Assembly: GCA_963801355.1 (NCBI GenBank)
Contig: CAWDEM010000004.1
Location: 448,001-512,000, forward strand
DNA length: 64,000 bases
Direction: 5' to 3'
DNA from: Ignavibacteriota bacterium
GTDB taxonomy: Bacteria > Bacteroidota > Ignavibacteria > UBA10030 > UBA6906
Shown here: one piece after another, positions 51,742 to 61,554 of the stretch
Numbering within the stretch: the first letter of the stretch is position 1
Layout: every line of letters starts with the position of its first letter
Notes under the pieces: generated by a model
Seen by the model: the letters and a program-made list of their open reading frames with translations, nothing else
The model's database searches: none
What the model was told of the DNA's origin: nothing
Program-made: the position numbers and the translations under genes

Positions 51742-51769
51742 GCCTCTTCGTCCGATGGATGGGGAGGCT
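51742..51769 (+). repeat. 28-bp hairpin repeat, copy 3 (inverted)
   Basis: GCCTCTTCGTCCGATGGATGGGGAGGCT. Confidence 0.85.
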
Positions 51770-51909
51770 TTGTCATTTGATCTGCACGCATAGAACTCCA
51801 CAATGAATGCGGGCAAGTGCAATTTCTTGCGGCCCGATAAGCGGCCATCTGACGGCGCATACGAACTGAGGAAATAGGTCTCTCAATGGATATGTTGAGG
51901 AGATTCCAT

Positions 51910-52344
51910 ATGAGAATCATGATGGGGGTATTGTGTTGCTCGATCTTCACTCTCGGGTGCGCGGATACTGGGGTAGAGCCAGGGCCGTCTACGCTGCCAA
52001 TTCCGAGGTCCGCTCCTGAAGCCCAGCGACTCATACTCGGTCGTTGGGAATGGGTCGAGAGCAGTGTCAAGTTCCACGCTCCAACGTTTACTCCCGCTAT
52101 GATTGGTCACACCGAAGCAATGGTCTTCGCAAAAGATGGAATCTCCCGCACGTATAGAGATGGCCAAATCACAATGATACAACGCTACAGGATCGTTCCT
52201 ACTGGGCGGGAGTACATGCTTGAGTTGGACAGCTTGGGCCACATGTCTGATTTCCGAATATATGGGAACTATTTTTGCTGGGACAATCGGATATGGGATG
52301 GCATCTACAGTCTCTACAAACGGACAAGTAGTTGGGAGTACTAA
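51910..52344 (+). CDS. Hypothetical lipoprotein (lipocalin-like)
   Basis: Lipobox TLGC; ILGRWEWVES. Confidence 0.6.
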   Translation: MRIMMGVLCCSIFTLGCADTGVEPGPSTLPIPRSAPEAQRLILGRWEWVESSVKFHAPTFTPAMIGHTEAMVFAKDGISRTYRDGQITMIQRYRIVPTGREYMLELDSLGHMSDFRIYGNYFCWDNRIWDGIYSLYKRTSSWEY

Positions 52345-52363
52345 GTATCAGGCGCGGATAGTT

Positions 52364-52436
52364 AACTGCACCCGACGCCGTGCATTGGCTGAAGGTGAAT
52401 TCTTGTTCGCGGTGCAGTTGAACCTCGTCGTTAGGC
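52364..52436 (+). other. attC-like site
   Basis: AACTGCACC...GGTGCAGTT palindrome ending in GTTAGGC (GTTRRRY) upstream of the TIR gene. Confidence 0.55.
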
Positions 52437-52482
52437 TGCACTCCGTTTCCACAATGTTTGCCAAAGAACTCCGAGTAATCGC

Positions 52483-53319
52483 ATGAACGACAAACATAAC
52501 ATGCTTGCCATACCTCGAATGCAAGCCAGCTCAATGATCGAGGAAAGAATTACCAAAGGGAGTGAAATCCGCTTGAAGTCCGTTGATGGCGCTACTGGCC
52601 TAGTTCAGCTGAAGTCTGAATGGTATTCTTGGGATGAATATAACCGCGAGATGCTACGACAGATGTTTACGACCTCTGAGATAGCGGACGAATATAGTGC
52701 CTCGGGTGGCTTTTTCATAGCTGGTGACTACTCCTTCTCCAAAGAGGTAAATGATTTCTACAATGACATAGACAACGATCTTCGCAAGCTATCGTCAATA
52801 AGAGACCGTCTTGAATTGATACCTATGGTTCCTACTGTTTCACTTCAAGGATCGACTAACATGGCTGCCTCTACAATTGATAAATCTGTCTTCATCGTGC
52901 ATGGTCATGACGAAGCCGCACTTCACACGGTGGCTCGGTTTATTGAGCGTCTTGCCTTAGACCCTGTCGTTCTCCACGAAAAGCCCTCGAAGGGACGTAC
53001 AATTGTGGAGAAGCTTGAAGCTCATTCACATGTAAGATTCGCCGTTGTGTTGCTCACTTCTGATGATGTCGGTGGTGTTGACCAAAAACATCTCAAACCC
53101 CGAGCTCGTCAAAATGTAGTCCTAGAATTGGGTTTCTTCCTAGCACGGCTTGGGCGAGAAAATGTCATTGCCCTTTACAAGGGGGAACTTGAAATGCCTT
53201 CCGATTACATGGGTGTAGTCTATGTCCCCTTCGATGCGGCTGGTGCTTGGAAGTTGACTCTTGCCAGGGAACTCAAAGCCGCTGGGATCGATGTTGATAT
53301 GAATAGAGCAATCACATAG
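52483..53319 (+). CDS. Predicted nucleotide-binding protein with TIR-like domain (Cap12/PF10137-like)
   Basis: VFIVHGHD, TIVEKLE, FAVVLLT.DD, RARQNVVLELGFF, PSD..G. Confidence 0.88.
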   Translation: MNDKHNMLAIPRMQASSMIEERITKGSEIRLKSVDGATGLVQLKSEWYSWDEYNREMLRQMFTTSEIADEYSASGGFFIAGDYSFSKEVNDFYNDIDNDLRKLSSIRDRLELIPMVPTVSLQGSTNMAASTIDKSVFIVHGHDEAALHTVARFIERLALDPVVLHEKPSKGRTIVEKLEAHSHVRFAVVLLTSDDVGGVDQKHLKPRARQNVVLELGFFLARLGRENVIALYKGELEMPSDYMGVVYVPFDAAGAWKLTLARELKAAGIDVDMNRAIT

Positions 53320-53325
53320 CAATGC

Positions 53326-53405
53326 GCTCTAACCCGCGGCTGCACCTGACGCCGCGTAGGGAGAAAACCGTGACAGGGACTTCTGAACGAGGTCGGATGT
53401 TAAAT
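53326..53405 (+). other. attC-like site (left half well preserved)
   Basis: GCTCTAAC-CCGCGGCTGCACCTGACGCCGCG directly after the TIR stop; GTTAAAT at 53399. Confidence 0.5.
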
Positions 53406-53536
53406 GATTTGCGATTGTAATTCCTCTCAAGTATCTTGAAACACAATCAACGAGGGCAGCTGCAACCAGGTAGCACGCCATCTGCGTCGTCATTCGAAAA
53501 GTGGTGAAATGAAGTTGGATTGTTGAACTCGGGGCA

Positions 53537-53584
53537 TTTGGGACCAAGAAGTCGCAGGTTCAAATCCTGTCGCCCCGACGAAAA
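53537..53584 (+). repeat. att core: 3' half of tRNA-Pro(TGG), right end of island B
   Basis: 48-bp identity with 28803-28850. Confidence 0.9.
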
Positions 53585-53598
53585 GAAACGGTTTTGAA

Positions 53599-53633
53599 GA
53601 GCGCCTTCCAAACAAGGAAGGCGCTCGTTTTTT
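53599..53633 (+). terminator. Intrinsic terminator, probably the native tRNA-Pro terminator
   Basis: GAGCGCCTTCC-AAACAA-GGAAGGCGCTC-GTTTTTT. Confidence 0.8.
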
Positions 53634-54391
53634 CTTCTTGACTTCCCCTCAAGCACGAGCGCTTCTTCCACGCGTGTCCCTCCCAAAGGCCATCCAAGCC
53701 AGAACTGCACTCTGAACCATTCGGATATTGACCCAGGGCAATAACAAGGATTTCAATGTGCATTCACTACTTTGTACGAGAGTGGAGTTTTGACGAGGGA
53801 CAGACTGTTCATATTTGATTTTGGTCTTGAAACGCCGTACTTTCGCGGAGGGCTAAGATGAGTTGTCTGTAGAAGGATCGGGCCCGTGCACACGATGGAT
53901 TCAAGGTGAACCGCCTCCAATTCTGGGCAGGTGAAGCCGTGAAAACTCTACCTACCACGTCACGAAAAAGTCGGACGGCAGGTTATCAGGGCTTTCAATG
54001 TTGAAGGGGCGGCACGAGGATCATCCAATCCACGTGGTTCCATCACTCCCCATATGTGCGGTCAAGCAGCACACTCGAACTCTTAACCTGATGTGGTCTT
54101 GACCGTCTCAGTGGATCCAACCAGTTCTTTCACTCAAGGCAGATCTCCTTATTGCGCCTGGCCATGTGATGTTCTTGTGCACGACCCAGGCAGGAGGGAT
54201 CCATACTGAATGTTTCCGAGGTTGTATAGCGTCACGATGAGCAACCTGAAGCTGAGAGTGGAGTTCTCGGGATAGCTACTGTTCCCCTGTAGTCGATTCC
54301 TATCTTGAACAGTTCGGATTCTGCAAAGCCGTTCGAAACACAAGAGAGAAAAGCGTTCCATCGGCACACACCAACCACGGAGGAACCTCCT

Positions 54392-54664
54392 ATGTTTGGA
54401 CTTGGGAAAAAGAAGCAACCCCAGCGCATCGAAATGCCCGACGTCGCTGCCGAGTACGCCTACGTTCAACAATTGACTTGCGAGAGTTGCCACGGTCCGA
54501 CTTCTTCACAACGAACAGGAGGTTCAGGTCCTGAAGACGGACACATGATCGATCACTGGCTGATCACGTGTAAGCGGTGCGGCAAGACTCGGCAGGTCGA
54601 TCTAAGTGTCCCTGAAATGGACATTTCCGCGCTGCTCGGTTCGCTGGGAAAGAAGAACGACTAG
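54392..54664 (+). CDS. Small Zn-ribbon protein
   Basis: GGAGG RBS; MFGLGKKK...CESC...CKRC. Confidence 0.7.
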   Translation: MFGLGKKKQPQRIEMPDVAAEYAYVQQLTCESCHGPTSSQRTGGSGPEDGHMIDHWLITCKRCGKTRQVDLSVPEMDISALLGSLGKKND

Positions 54665-54735
54665 CCGCACACGGACTCAACAAGACGTTAGTCCTTACGG
54701 TCACTTGAGGTCCCCGCAGAACACCCCCACGGAGA

Positions 54736-56886
54736 ATGCGGTTGAGCCTGGTTTCAATTCATGACGACTTGGCTGAATGGCTGCGTTTTCTGACGTCGCA
54801 GAGCCATGTGCTGCGAGAGTACCCTGGCCTACTCTTGCAACAGGCGGCCAACCAACCGAAACAGAGCGGCCTATCAGCCCCCGCAAATGAACTATTGTCC
54901 AGCGGTGCCGGACCGTGGCTGCGGTGGATCAATTCTCCGAAGCAATTCTCTCCCTGTTTGCTCGTCCTGGTGGGACATACAGCCGCTGTCAATGCTATAG
55001 CGATTACCCCGGACAGTCGGCGCATTATCTCCTGTAGTGATGACAAGACAATTAAGATCTGGGAGTCCGTGAGTGGAGAGGAACTGCAAAGCCTGACCGG
55101 GCATTCGGCAGGAGTTACAGCAGTACTGGTGACTCCAGACGGAAAGCGAATCGTTTCTGGGAGTGCGGACTGGACCCTTAAGATCTGGGACCCGGAAAAC
55201 GCACTCGAGGAAAATACTCTGATCGGCCACAAAGGAGAGGTCTCTTCAATACGGCTCTCAACGGACGGGGAGTACCTGATATCAAAAAGTGTTGACGGAA
55301 CCTCCCGCGTCTGGGACCTTCAGACTGGACGGCCGGTTGAAGGATCAACCGCTCATGCCAGTTCAAAATCTACTGCAGTGCCTTCCGGCAGTGGTGCCCG
55401 TGAGGTCCGCACGGCCGACAGCAGATATATTCTATCCATTGATGAGAACAATCTAGCTGTAAAGGACGGAACAGATTCAAGAAATATCTGCTCGCTCAGC
55501 GGGCACACCGATCTCATACAAAGTGTTGCCGTAAGCCCCGACGGCACATTCATTGTTACTGCGTCCAAAGATCAGACCTTGCGAATCTGGGAAGCGCGCC
55601 GCTTCGCTGTGCTGGGAAGCCTCGCACAACAACAGGGATCGAGTTCTCCTTCGGATCTGCAAAAGAGAGCTCATCGCAAGGCAGTGAAGGCGCTCGCGCT
55701 GTTTCCTGACGCGCGTCGCGCATACTCCCTAGCCGAGAACCTCTGCCTCTGGAATCTTTCCGGCACGCAGGAACCACAATCCGTGGAAGTAGACCGTGAA
55801 TGTTCCTCTATTGCGCTCACTCCAGACTCGCGCTACATTCTGGCAACCGGGGAGAAACTCGAGCTTTTCGATGCCCAGAACGGAAAACGACTTATCTGTA
55901 TTCCGTCTCATCATACTATCTACAGCATTGCCGTCACCACGGACAACAACAAAGCAATCACCGTTGGCACTGACAATGCTCTTCGGGTTTGGAGTATTCC
56001 CCAAGGCGTACTCATCCGCACCACTCGGGTTGAACATGGCCCCATATCTCTCATTCTCACTTCACCGGATGGTCGATTCGCAATATCTGCCGGCGGGCCT
56101 TCGTCGTTTATCGGCTTGCCTGTCGTCAGCTCTATGGGAGTCTCCGATGAGATGGCCGGTTCAGAAGACAAGAGTATCAACGTCTTCGCCCAGGACGGGA
56201 AGTTTCTTTTCGCTTTGGACGGACACAGCGACCGGGTCATCGCTGCAGTCGTGACTCCCGACGGTCGCTCGTTGATCTCCGGGAGCCGGGACCACACTAT
56301 TGCCATTTGGGATTTAGACAGTCGAACACGAACACGGAGTTTGAAAGGTCATTCAGCTACTGTTGACGCTCTGATCATCAGCCCTGACAGCCGATTCCTA
56401 GTTTCCGCCGGTTCAGACAGTCTTCGCGTTTGGGATCTCCGACAATTCCAGGAACTGTTGTGTCTCAACAATGCTGCAGGACATTCCCTGCATTGTTTGA
56501 CCTCTGACAGTTGCTCCATTTTGACCGCCCAAGGCCACGTCCTGCATGTATGGGACTCCGGATCGGGGTGCATCTCTCAGCGTTTTCCAGCTGAAGCTCC
56601 CATCAAAACTGTGACGACTCTTGATGACCTCATCGTTGTGGGAGACTCTATAGGGCATGTATACTTACTGAATCGTTGCGGCGTGGAGATCGGCTCTCGC
56701 ATTGTCACAGCACGCACTGTTTCACAGCGAAGCGAAATCATGTGCCCGTACTGTCTCACCACACAAGACATCGTCCGTGAAAACCTGGACAAACAGGTGA
56801 ACTGCACCGTTTGCTTGAAACCGCTGCGGTTGAGCCCTGTTCTTCTTCCCCGCTCTGCCAAAGTGTGGTGGCGTGTCTGGCAATAA
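54736..56886 (+). CDS. WD40-repeat protein with NWD/TEP1-type N-terminal linker and C-terminal Zn ribbon
   Basis: FL..QSHVL..YP.LLLQQAANQP...PWLRWIN; many GH...WD repeats; CPYC...CTVC; ends WWRVWQ. Confidence 0.9.
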   Translation: MRLSLVSIHDDLAEWLRFLTSQSHVLREYPGLLLQQAANQPKQSGLSAPANELLSSGAGPWLRWINSPKQFSPCLLVLVGHTAAVNAIAITPDSRRIISCSDDKTIKIWESVSGEELQSLTGHSAGVTAVLVTPDGKRIVSGSADWTLKIWDPENALEENTLIGHKGEVSSIRLSTDGEYLISKSVDGTSRVWDLQTGRPVEGSTAHASSKSTAVPSGSGAREVRTADSRYILSIDENNLAVKDGTDSRNICSLSGHTDLIQSVAVSPDGTFIVTASKDQTLRIWEARRFAVLGSLAQQQGSSSPSDLQKRAHRKAVKALALFPDARRAYSLAENLCLWNLSGTQEPQSVEVDRECSSIALTPDSRYILATGEKLELFDAQNGKRLICIPSHHTIYSIAVTTDNNKAITVGTDNALRVWSIPQGVLIRTTRVEHGPISLILTSPDGRFAISAGGPSSFIGLPVVSSMGVSDEMAGSEDKSINVFAQDGKFLFALDGHSDRVIAAVVTPDGRSLISGSRDHTIAIWDLDSRTRTRSLKGHSATVDALIISPDSRFLVSAGSDSLRVWDLRQFQELLCLNNAAGHSLHCLTSDSCSILTAQGHVLHVWDSGSGCISQRFPAEAPIKTVTTLDDLIVVGDSIGHVYLLNRCGVEIGSRIVTARTVSQRSEIMCPYCLTTQDIVRENLDKQVNCTVCLKPLRLSPVLLPRSAKVWWRVWQ

Positions 56887-56903
56887 ACGAGCAAGGACTC
56901 ATT

Positions 56904-59231
56904 ATGCCTCTACACTGGATCAATCCTCCCGACAGCACATCAGCGAACCTCTCCACGATCACCGGACATAGACAGGCAATAGAACATCTGGCCATCAGTC
57001 AAGACGGTAAACGGATTTTGTCCATGAGCTTGGACCAGACGATCCGCATTTGGGACTTCACCACGGGAAACCAGTCGCAGACGATAGGAACAGAGAAGAC
57101 CTCGCCACACGTCGAAGACATCGAGGGATCGCTCGATCGTCTCGCCCGCAGACCAACGCCTTTTGCAGTGAATCAAGAGCTGGCGACGCTGTTCCGTCTT
57201 AAACCCAACGGCGATATAGAAGCCATGGATGTTTCAAACGAAATCGAACTCTATTCAGTACAAGCTGAAGATCAGAAGATCTCCGTTCTGGCTCTGAGCC
57301 CGGATAGCCGATATCTGATTTCGGGTTCGATCCAGGGAACTATCAGTGTCTGGGACACTCGCACACAGAAGCTCTTGCGTTGTTGGAGGGCGCATCAGCT
57401 TCCCATCACTTGCCTTTCATTCTCCTCGGACGGATCACGGGTCTATTCGGGAGGATTTGACAAGATCGTCCGGGTGTGGGATCCAGAGAGCACAAAGGAA
57501 CTACTCTCTATCGGGCAAACCCAGACACCAGGAGTATTCGGCTCATATAACCCCCTGGGGACTCTCATCAAGAAGCAGGGAATTGTGGGCTGGGTAAACG
57601 TTCTTGCAGTCACACCCGATGGCAAGAGAGTGTTTGTCGGCGACGGTGTCATTGAGAAGATCAAGACATGGGACGGACTCACGGGAAGAACGATGGAATC
57701 TCTCTCGGGGCATGACGGATGGATAAATGACCTGACCGTCAGTCCAGACGGCCGCCTTTTGGCTAGCGCTTCGCAGGACAACACCATCAAGATCTGGGAC
57801 GTCGATGAATCCCGCGAAATAGCAGCTCTCATGGGGCACGCGGGATCGGTCACTGCCCTTGCCTTTAGTCCTGATGCCAAGTTCATCGTTTCTGGAAGTG
57901 TTGATTGCACTATCAACATCTGGGATGTTCGGGCTGCTCAAGCAACGCCAGCACTCGAAGAACGCGAACGCTACGTTTCGGATGTTGCCTTTTTTCCTGA
58001 CGGCAGACGCCTCATCTCGGTAGGAGATAAGGTTCACGTTTGGGAAATCGCAACCGGGAAGAAACTTCTTTCTGCTGAACCGTCGGGCAAACCCAGTGTA
58101 GTGAATACAAGCCCAGATGGACGCAGTGTTTTGTGGGCCAACTCAGACACGATAGTTGAGTTCTGGAGCCCGCAGTCAGGCGCCAAACCGTTGCAGCTCA
58201 ATTCCTATCTTGGGATTATTGCTGCGCTGGCGTTCTCTCCTGATGGAACCGCGATGGTTGCTGGTGGTGACGAGTATTTCCTGCGAATCTGGGAAGTGCA
58301 ATCTGGTCGCGACCGTCATCTCCTGAGCTGGTATTCCGCCGCCGAACGAAAGAAACGGGTGGTCGAACAGCCTTCGCCTGTGCAGCAATTCATACGATTT
58401 CTCGAGCCCAAGGAAGGCATTGCTGCTGCAGCTGTCACTCTGGATAGCCGATTGCTTGTGGCGGGCGGACGTGACGGCGCCATCAAGATCTGGGACACGC
58501 AGAGTGGAAAGTCCATCGCGGCCTTTGCGGCCCATCATGGCAGCGTCTCCCGGATTGCCCTCTTCCCCGATGGCACACACTTCGTTTCAGGCGGACAGGA
58601 CGGAATGATCCTGATCTGGGATCTGGACCGCCCTGGACGATCGCACGTCCTGGAGCAGAGCACTGCATCAGCGGACCGTCACCCGATTCAATCCCTGGTA
58701 GTCGCATCGAACGGTGATCATCTGTACTGGAGCACATCCGCCGGCTTGGTCTGGCAATCGGACTTGCGGATCAAACAATCGTCCGTGATGGGGAGCATCG
58801 GGGCAAAGCGACTCTCGTTCGGTCGCATCCAGAATGTTGCCGTGACTCCGGATGCCCAATATGTCGTGGCAGGTGGTGCTTCTGCAGAGATAATGGTCTG
58901 GAAGGCCGGGAGCGGTGAAGTGATCGACGTCTTCCGTACACACGCCGCGGTGCGCTTCGTAGACGCTCTAGACAACGTGATTCTCGCATTGGATGCCACC
59001 GGGAGGTTTTACATTCTGGAGCTTTCGGGAGTAGACATCGGCCCTCGCTGTGTAAGCGCCACGAAGACTGGTCGGAATATTCAGTATCGATGCCCGCACT
59101 GTTTCCATACGAATCTGCCTGATCCACGTGCGCTCGGACATCCTATGAACTGCCAGGCGTGTGGAAAGACTGTGAAGGTCAATCGTTCGATTGCATCGGG
59201 TTTTCGAGCGCCGTGGTGGCGCTTCTGGTGA
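56904..59231 (+). CDS. WD40-repeat protein with C-terminal Zn ribbon (paralog)
   Basis: AAGGA RBS, MPLHWINPP; GH...WD repeats; CPHC...CQAC; ends PWWRFW. Confidence 0.9.
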   Translation: MPLHWINPPDSTSANLSTITGHRQAIEHLAISQDGKRILSMSLDQTIRIWDFTTGNQSQTIGTEKTSPHVEDIEGSLDRLARRPTPFAVNQELATLFRLKPNGDIEAMDVSNEIELYSVQAEDQKISVLALSPDSRYLISGSIQGTISVWDTRTQKLLRCWRAHQLPITCLSFSSDGSRVYSGGFDKIVRVWDPESTKELLSIGQTQTPGVFGSYNPLGTLIKKQGIVGWVNVLAVTPDGKRVFVGDGVIEKIKTWDGLTGRTMESLSGHDGWINDLTVSPDGRLLASASQDNTIKIWDVDESREIAALMGHAGSVTALAFSPDAKFIVSGSVDCTINIWDVRAAQATPALEERERYVSDVAFFPDGRRLISVGDKVHVWEIATGKKLLSAEPSGKPSVVNTSPDGRSVLWANSDTIVEFWSPQSGAKPLQLNSYLGIIAALAFSPDGTAMVAGGDEYFLRIWEVQSGRDRHLLSWYSAAERKKRVVEQPSPVQQFIRFLEPKEGIAAAAVTLDSRLLVAGGRDGAIKIWDTQSGKSIAAFAAHHGSVSRIALFPDGTHFVSGGQDGMILIWDLDRPGRSHVLEQSTASADRHPIQSLVVASNGDHLYWSTSAGLVWQSDLRIKQSSVMGSIGAKRLSFGRIQNVAVTPDAQYVVAGGASAEIMVWKAGSGEVIDVFRTHAAVRFVDALDNVILALDATGRFYILELSGVDIGPRCVSATKTGRNIQYRCPHCFHTNLPDPRALGHPMNCQACGKTVKVNRSIASGFRAPWWRFW

Positions 59232-59238
59232 GGCGGGT

Positions 59239-61554
59239 ATGACACGAACCGCTCGAACATTCCGCGTTTTTGTTAGCTCGACCTTCAGTGACCTGAAGGA
59301 GGAACGGAACGCGCTTCACAAAGAAGTGTTCCCGAAGTTGCGAGAGTTGTGCGCGAAGCATGACTGTCGTTTCCAGACCATCGATCTGCGCTGGGGAGTC
59401 CCTGAGGAAGCAGGATTGGACCAGCAGACGATGAGCATCTGTCTGGATGAAGTGAAGCGATCGCAGAGGGTTTCGCCGCGTCCCAACTTCATTGTTATTC
59501 TCGGCGACCGTTACGGCTGGAGACCGCTCCCAGCAGAGATCGACGTCCAGGAATTCGACCAGATCGTCCGCTGTCGAACAGAATTTCATCCGTTGCTGAA
59601 AGCGTGGTACGTGCGGGATGACAATGCCGTCCCGCCTGTGTACTGTCTTCAACCGCGCCACAAAGAGTTCGCAGACTATCATATCTGGGAAGAGAAAGTA
59701 GAACGACCGCTCCGTGTCTTGCTGCGCGAAGCCATAACGCAGATCAGATTGTCGGGCAGACCGCTTTTGAAGTACACAACGTCTGCAACCGAGCAGGAGA
59801 TTGAAGCCGGAGCAATGAGCGTTCGTGATGCAAACGAACATGTCACATGCTTCTTTCGCAGCATTCGCAACCTGCCGCAGGATCTACGCGCAAAGGACTA
59901 TCTGGATTTCGATGACAAAGGCGCGGTCGATACTGACGCGCAGAACCTTTTGGAGGGGCTCAAGGCACGCCTTCGACAACACTTGTCCGGAAGGATTCAT
60001 GACTACGTTGCAGAGTGGACAGAAGAGGGGATGACTACTCACCATATCCACCCACTGTGTGAGGATGTGCTATCGGCCCTCTCCGACGTGATCAAACAGG
60101 AAATCGTCAGGCTCGAAAGAATTGACACGCTCGACAAGGAAATCATCGATCATGATGTGTTCGGCAATCAACGCGCGAAGACTTTTGTCGGACGATCTGA
60201 GCCGTTGCAGGCAATTGCCGATTACATAAGCGAGAACACTAAATATCCTCTCGTGGTTTGCGGCGATTCGGGATCCGGCAAATCTGCACTCATGGCGCGT
60301 GCCGCCTCGCTGATTCGAGCTCGGTTTCCAGCGTACCATGTCGTCGTGCGATTCATCGGCGCAACACCAGGCTCCAGTAATATTAGGGCCCTGCTGGAAA
60401 GCGTATGCCGTCAGATTGCACAGCTGTACGGCGTGGATGAAACTACCGTTCCATCCGATTATCGAGAGTTGATACTCAAATTCCGTGAATGTCTCGCATT
60501 GTCTTCCGCAGATACCCCGGTGGTTGTGTTTCTCGATGCGCTAGATCAACTCCCTGAACGCGAACAGAAACAGAGTCTACTCTGGCTGGCCGCTCAACTG
60601 CCAATCCATGCACGCCTCATTGTCACGACAATTCCAGGCAACCACATATCTAGCTTGGAGAAAAAACTTCCCAAGGGGAACATCGTACGACTCAACCCGA
60701 TGGAATTGACCGAAGCTAGCCAGCTATTGGACCTATGGCTGGAAATGGACGGGCGGACTCTGCAACCCGGACAGAAAAGCCAGGTGCTGAACACCTTCGC
60801 GGCATGCCCGCTGCCGCTCTATCTGAAGCTGGCCTTTGAGGAAGCCCGCCACTGGAAATCGTACACGATGTGCGCGCCGCTCAGGGCCGACATTCCGGGT
60901 ATCATTCGGGACCTCTTCGCACGACTTTCCCTGGATTCACATCACGGCCTCACCCTTGTCTCCCGCAGTCTTAGCTACCTCGTCGCCGCCCGGAACGGCC
61001 TGAGCGAAGATGAACTTCTGGATGTTCTCTCCAGAGACAAAACCGTCTTTGAAGACTTCAAGAGGCGGGCCAAACATGAGCCTCCGGAAGAACGCCTCCC
61101 TGCCATCGTCTGGTCACGTCTCTACTTCGATCTGGAACCATACCTGACGGAACGCAGTGGCGACGGAACCACCTTACTCGGCTTCTTTCACCGCCAACTG
61201 AAACAAGTAGTCATCGATGATTACCTGACCGACAAGGAAAAACTGATGAGGCATCGGTCCTTAGCCGATTACTTCGCAACGATGCCGCTTTGTGATAGTT
61301 CAAAGACAGCATACAGTATCCGGAAACTTTCAGAACTCCCTTACCAACAAACCTCAGGTGAAATGTGGGAGGAGCTGCACAGCATCCTGACCGATTTCGA
61401 GTTTGTGGAAGCGAAATGCACCTATGTGGCCGTTACTGTGTCCGGCAAGCGTGGAGAAAGCCGCCCCGGTTACGGCGGAGTATACGAACTGCAACAAGAT
61501 TATCGTCTTGCGCTGCAGCGATTGTCCGAAGCTCTTCAACAGAAGACTTCCTGA
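59239..61554 (+). CDS. DUF4062-NACHT (NWD1/TEP1-like STAND NTPase) lacking WD40 repeats
   Basis: RVFVSSTFSD..EERN...IDLRWG...ICLDEV...LGDRYGW; Walker A GDSGSGKS; Walker B FLDALDQL; PLYLKL; GLSEDEL; FFHRQL; RKLSELPYQ. Confidence 0.9.
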   Translation: MTRTARTFRVFVSSTFSDLKEERNALHKEVFPKLRELCAKHDCRFQTIDLRWGVPEEAGLDQQTMSICLDEVKRSQRVSPRPNFIVILGDRYGWRPLPAEIDVQEFDQIVRCRTEFHPLLKAWYVRDDNAVPPVYCLQPRHKEFADYHIWEEKVERPLRVLLREAITQIRLSGRPLLKYTTSATEQEIEAGAMSVRDANEHVTCFFRSIRNLPQDLRAKDYLDFDDKGAVDTDAQNLLEGLKARLRQHLSGRIHDYVAEWTEEGMTTHHIHPLCEDVLSALSDVIKQEIVRLERIDTLDKEIIDHDVFGNQRAKTFVGRSEPLQAIADYISENTKYPLVVCGDSGSGKSALMARAASLIRARFPAYHVVVRFIGATPGSSNIRALLESVCRQIAQLYGVDETTVPSDYRELILKFRECLALSSADTPVVVFLDALDQLPEREQKQSLLWLAAQLPIHARLIVTTIPGNHISSLEKKLPKGNIVRLNPMELTEASQLLDLWLEMDGRTLQPGQKSQVLNTFAACPLPLYLKLAFEEARHWKSYTMCAPLRADIPGIIRDLFARLSLDSHHGLTLVSRSLSYLVAARNGLSEDELLDVLSRDKTVFEDFKRRAKHEPPEERLPAIVWSRLYFDLEPYLTERSGDGTTLLGFFHRQLKQVVIDDYLTDKEKLMRHRSLADYFATMPLCDSSKTAYSIRKLSELPYQQTSGEMWEELHSILTDFEFVEAKCTYVAVTVSGKRGESRPGYGGVYELQQDYRLALQRLSEALQQKTS

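Larger units (their letters stand above)
28803..53584. mobile_element. About 24.7-kb integrative element (island B) at tRNA-Pro
   Basis: 48-bp direct repeats at both ends; tyrosine integrase next to the left repeat. Confidence 0.88.

Noticed and set aside
52483-53319. CBASS, Pycsar or Thoeris system
   Set aside because: No cyclase, STING/cNMP-binding domain or ThsA partner is adjacent.
53529-53584. Complete tRNA-Pro gene (CGGGGC precedes the fragment)
   Set aside because: The D-arm and 5' anticodon stem are absent; only the 3' half is present, here and at 28803.
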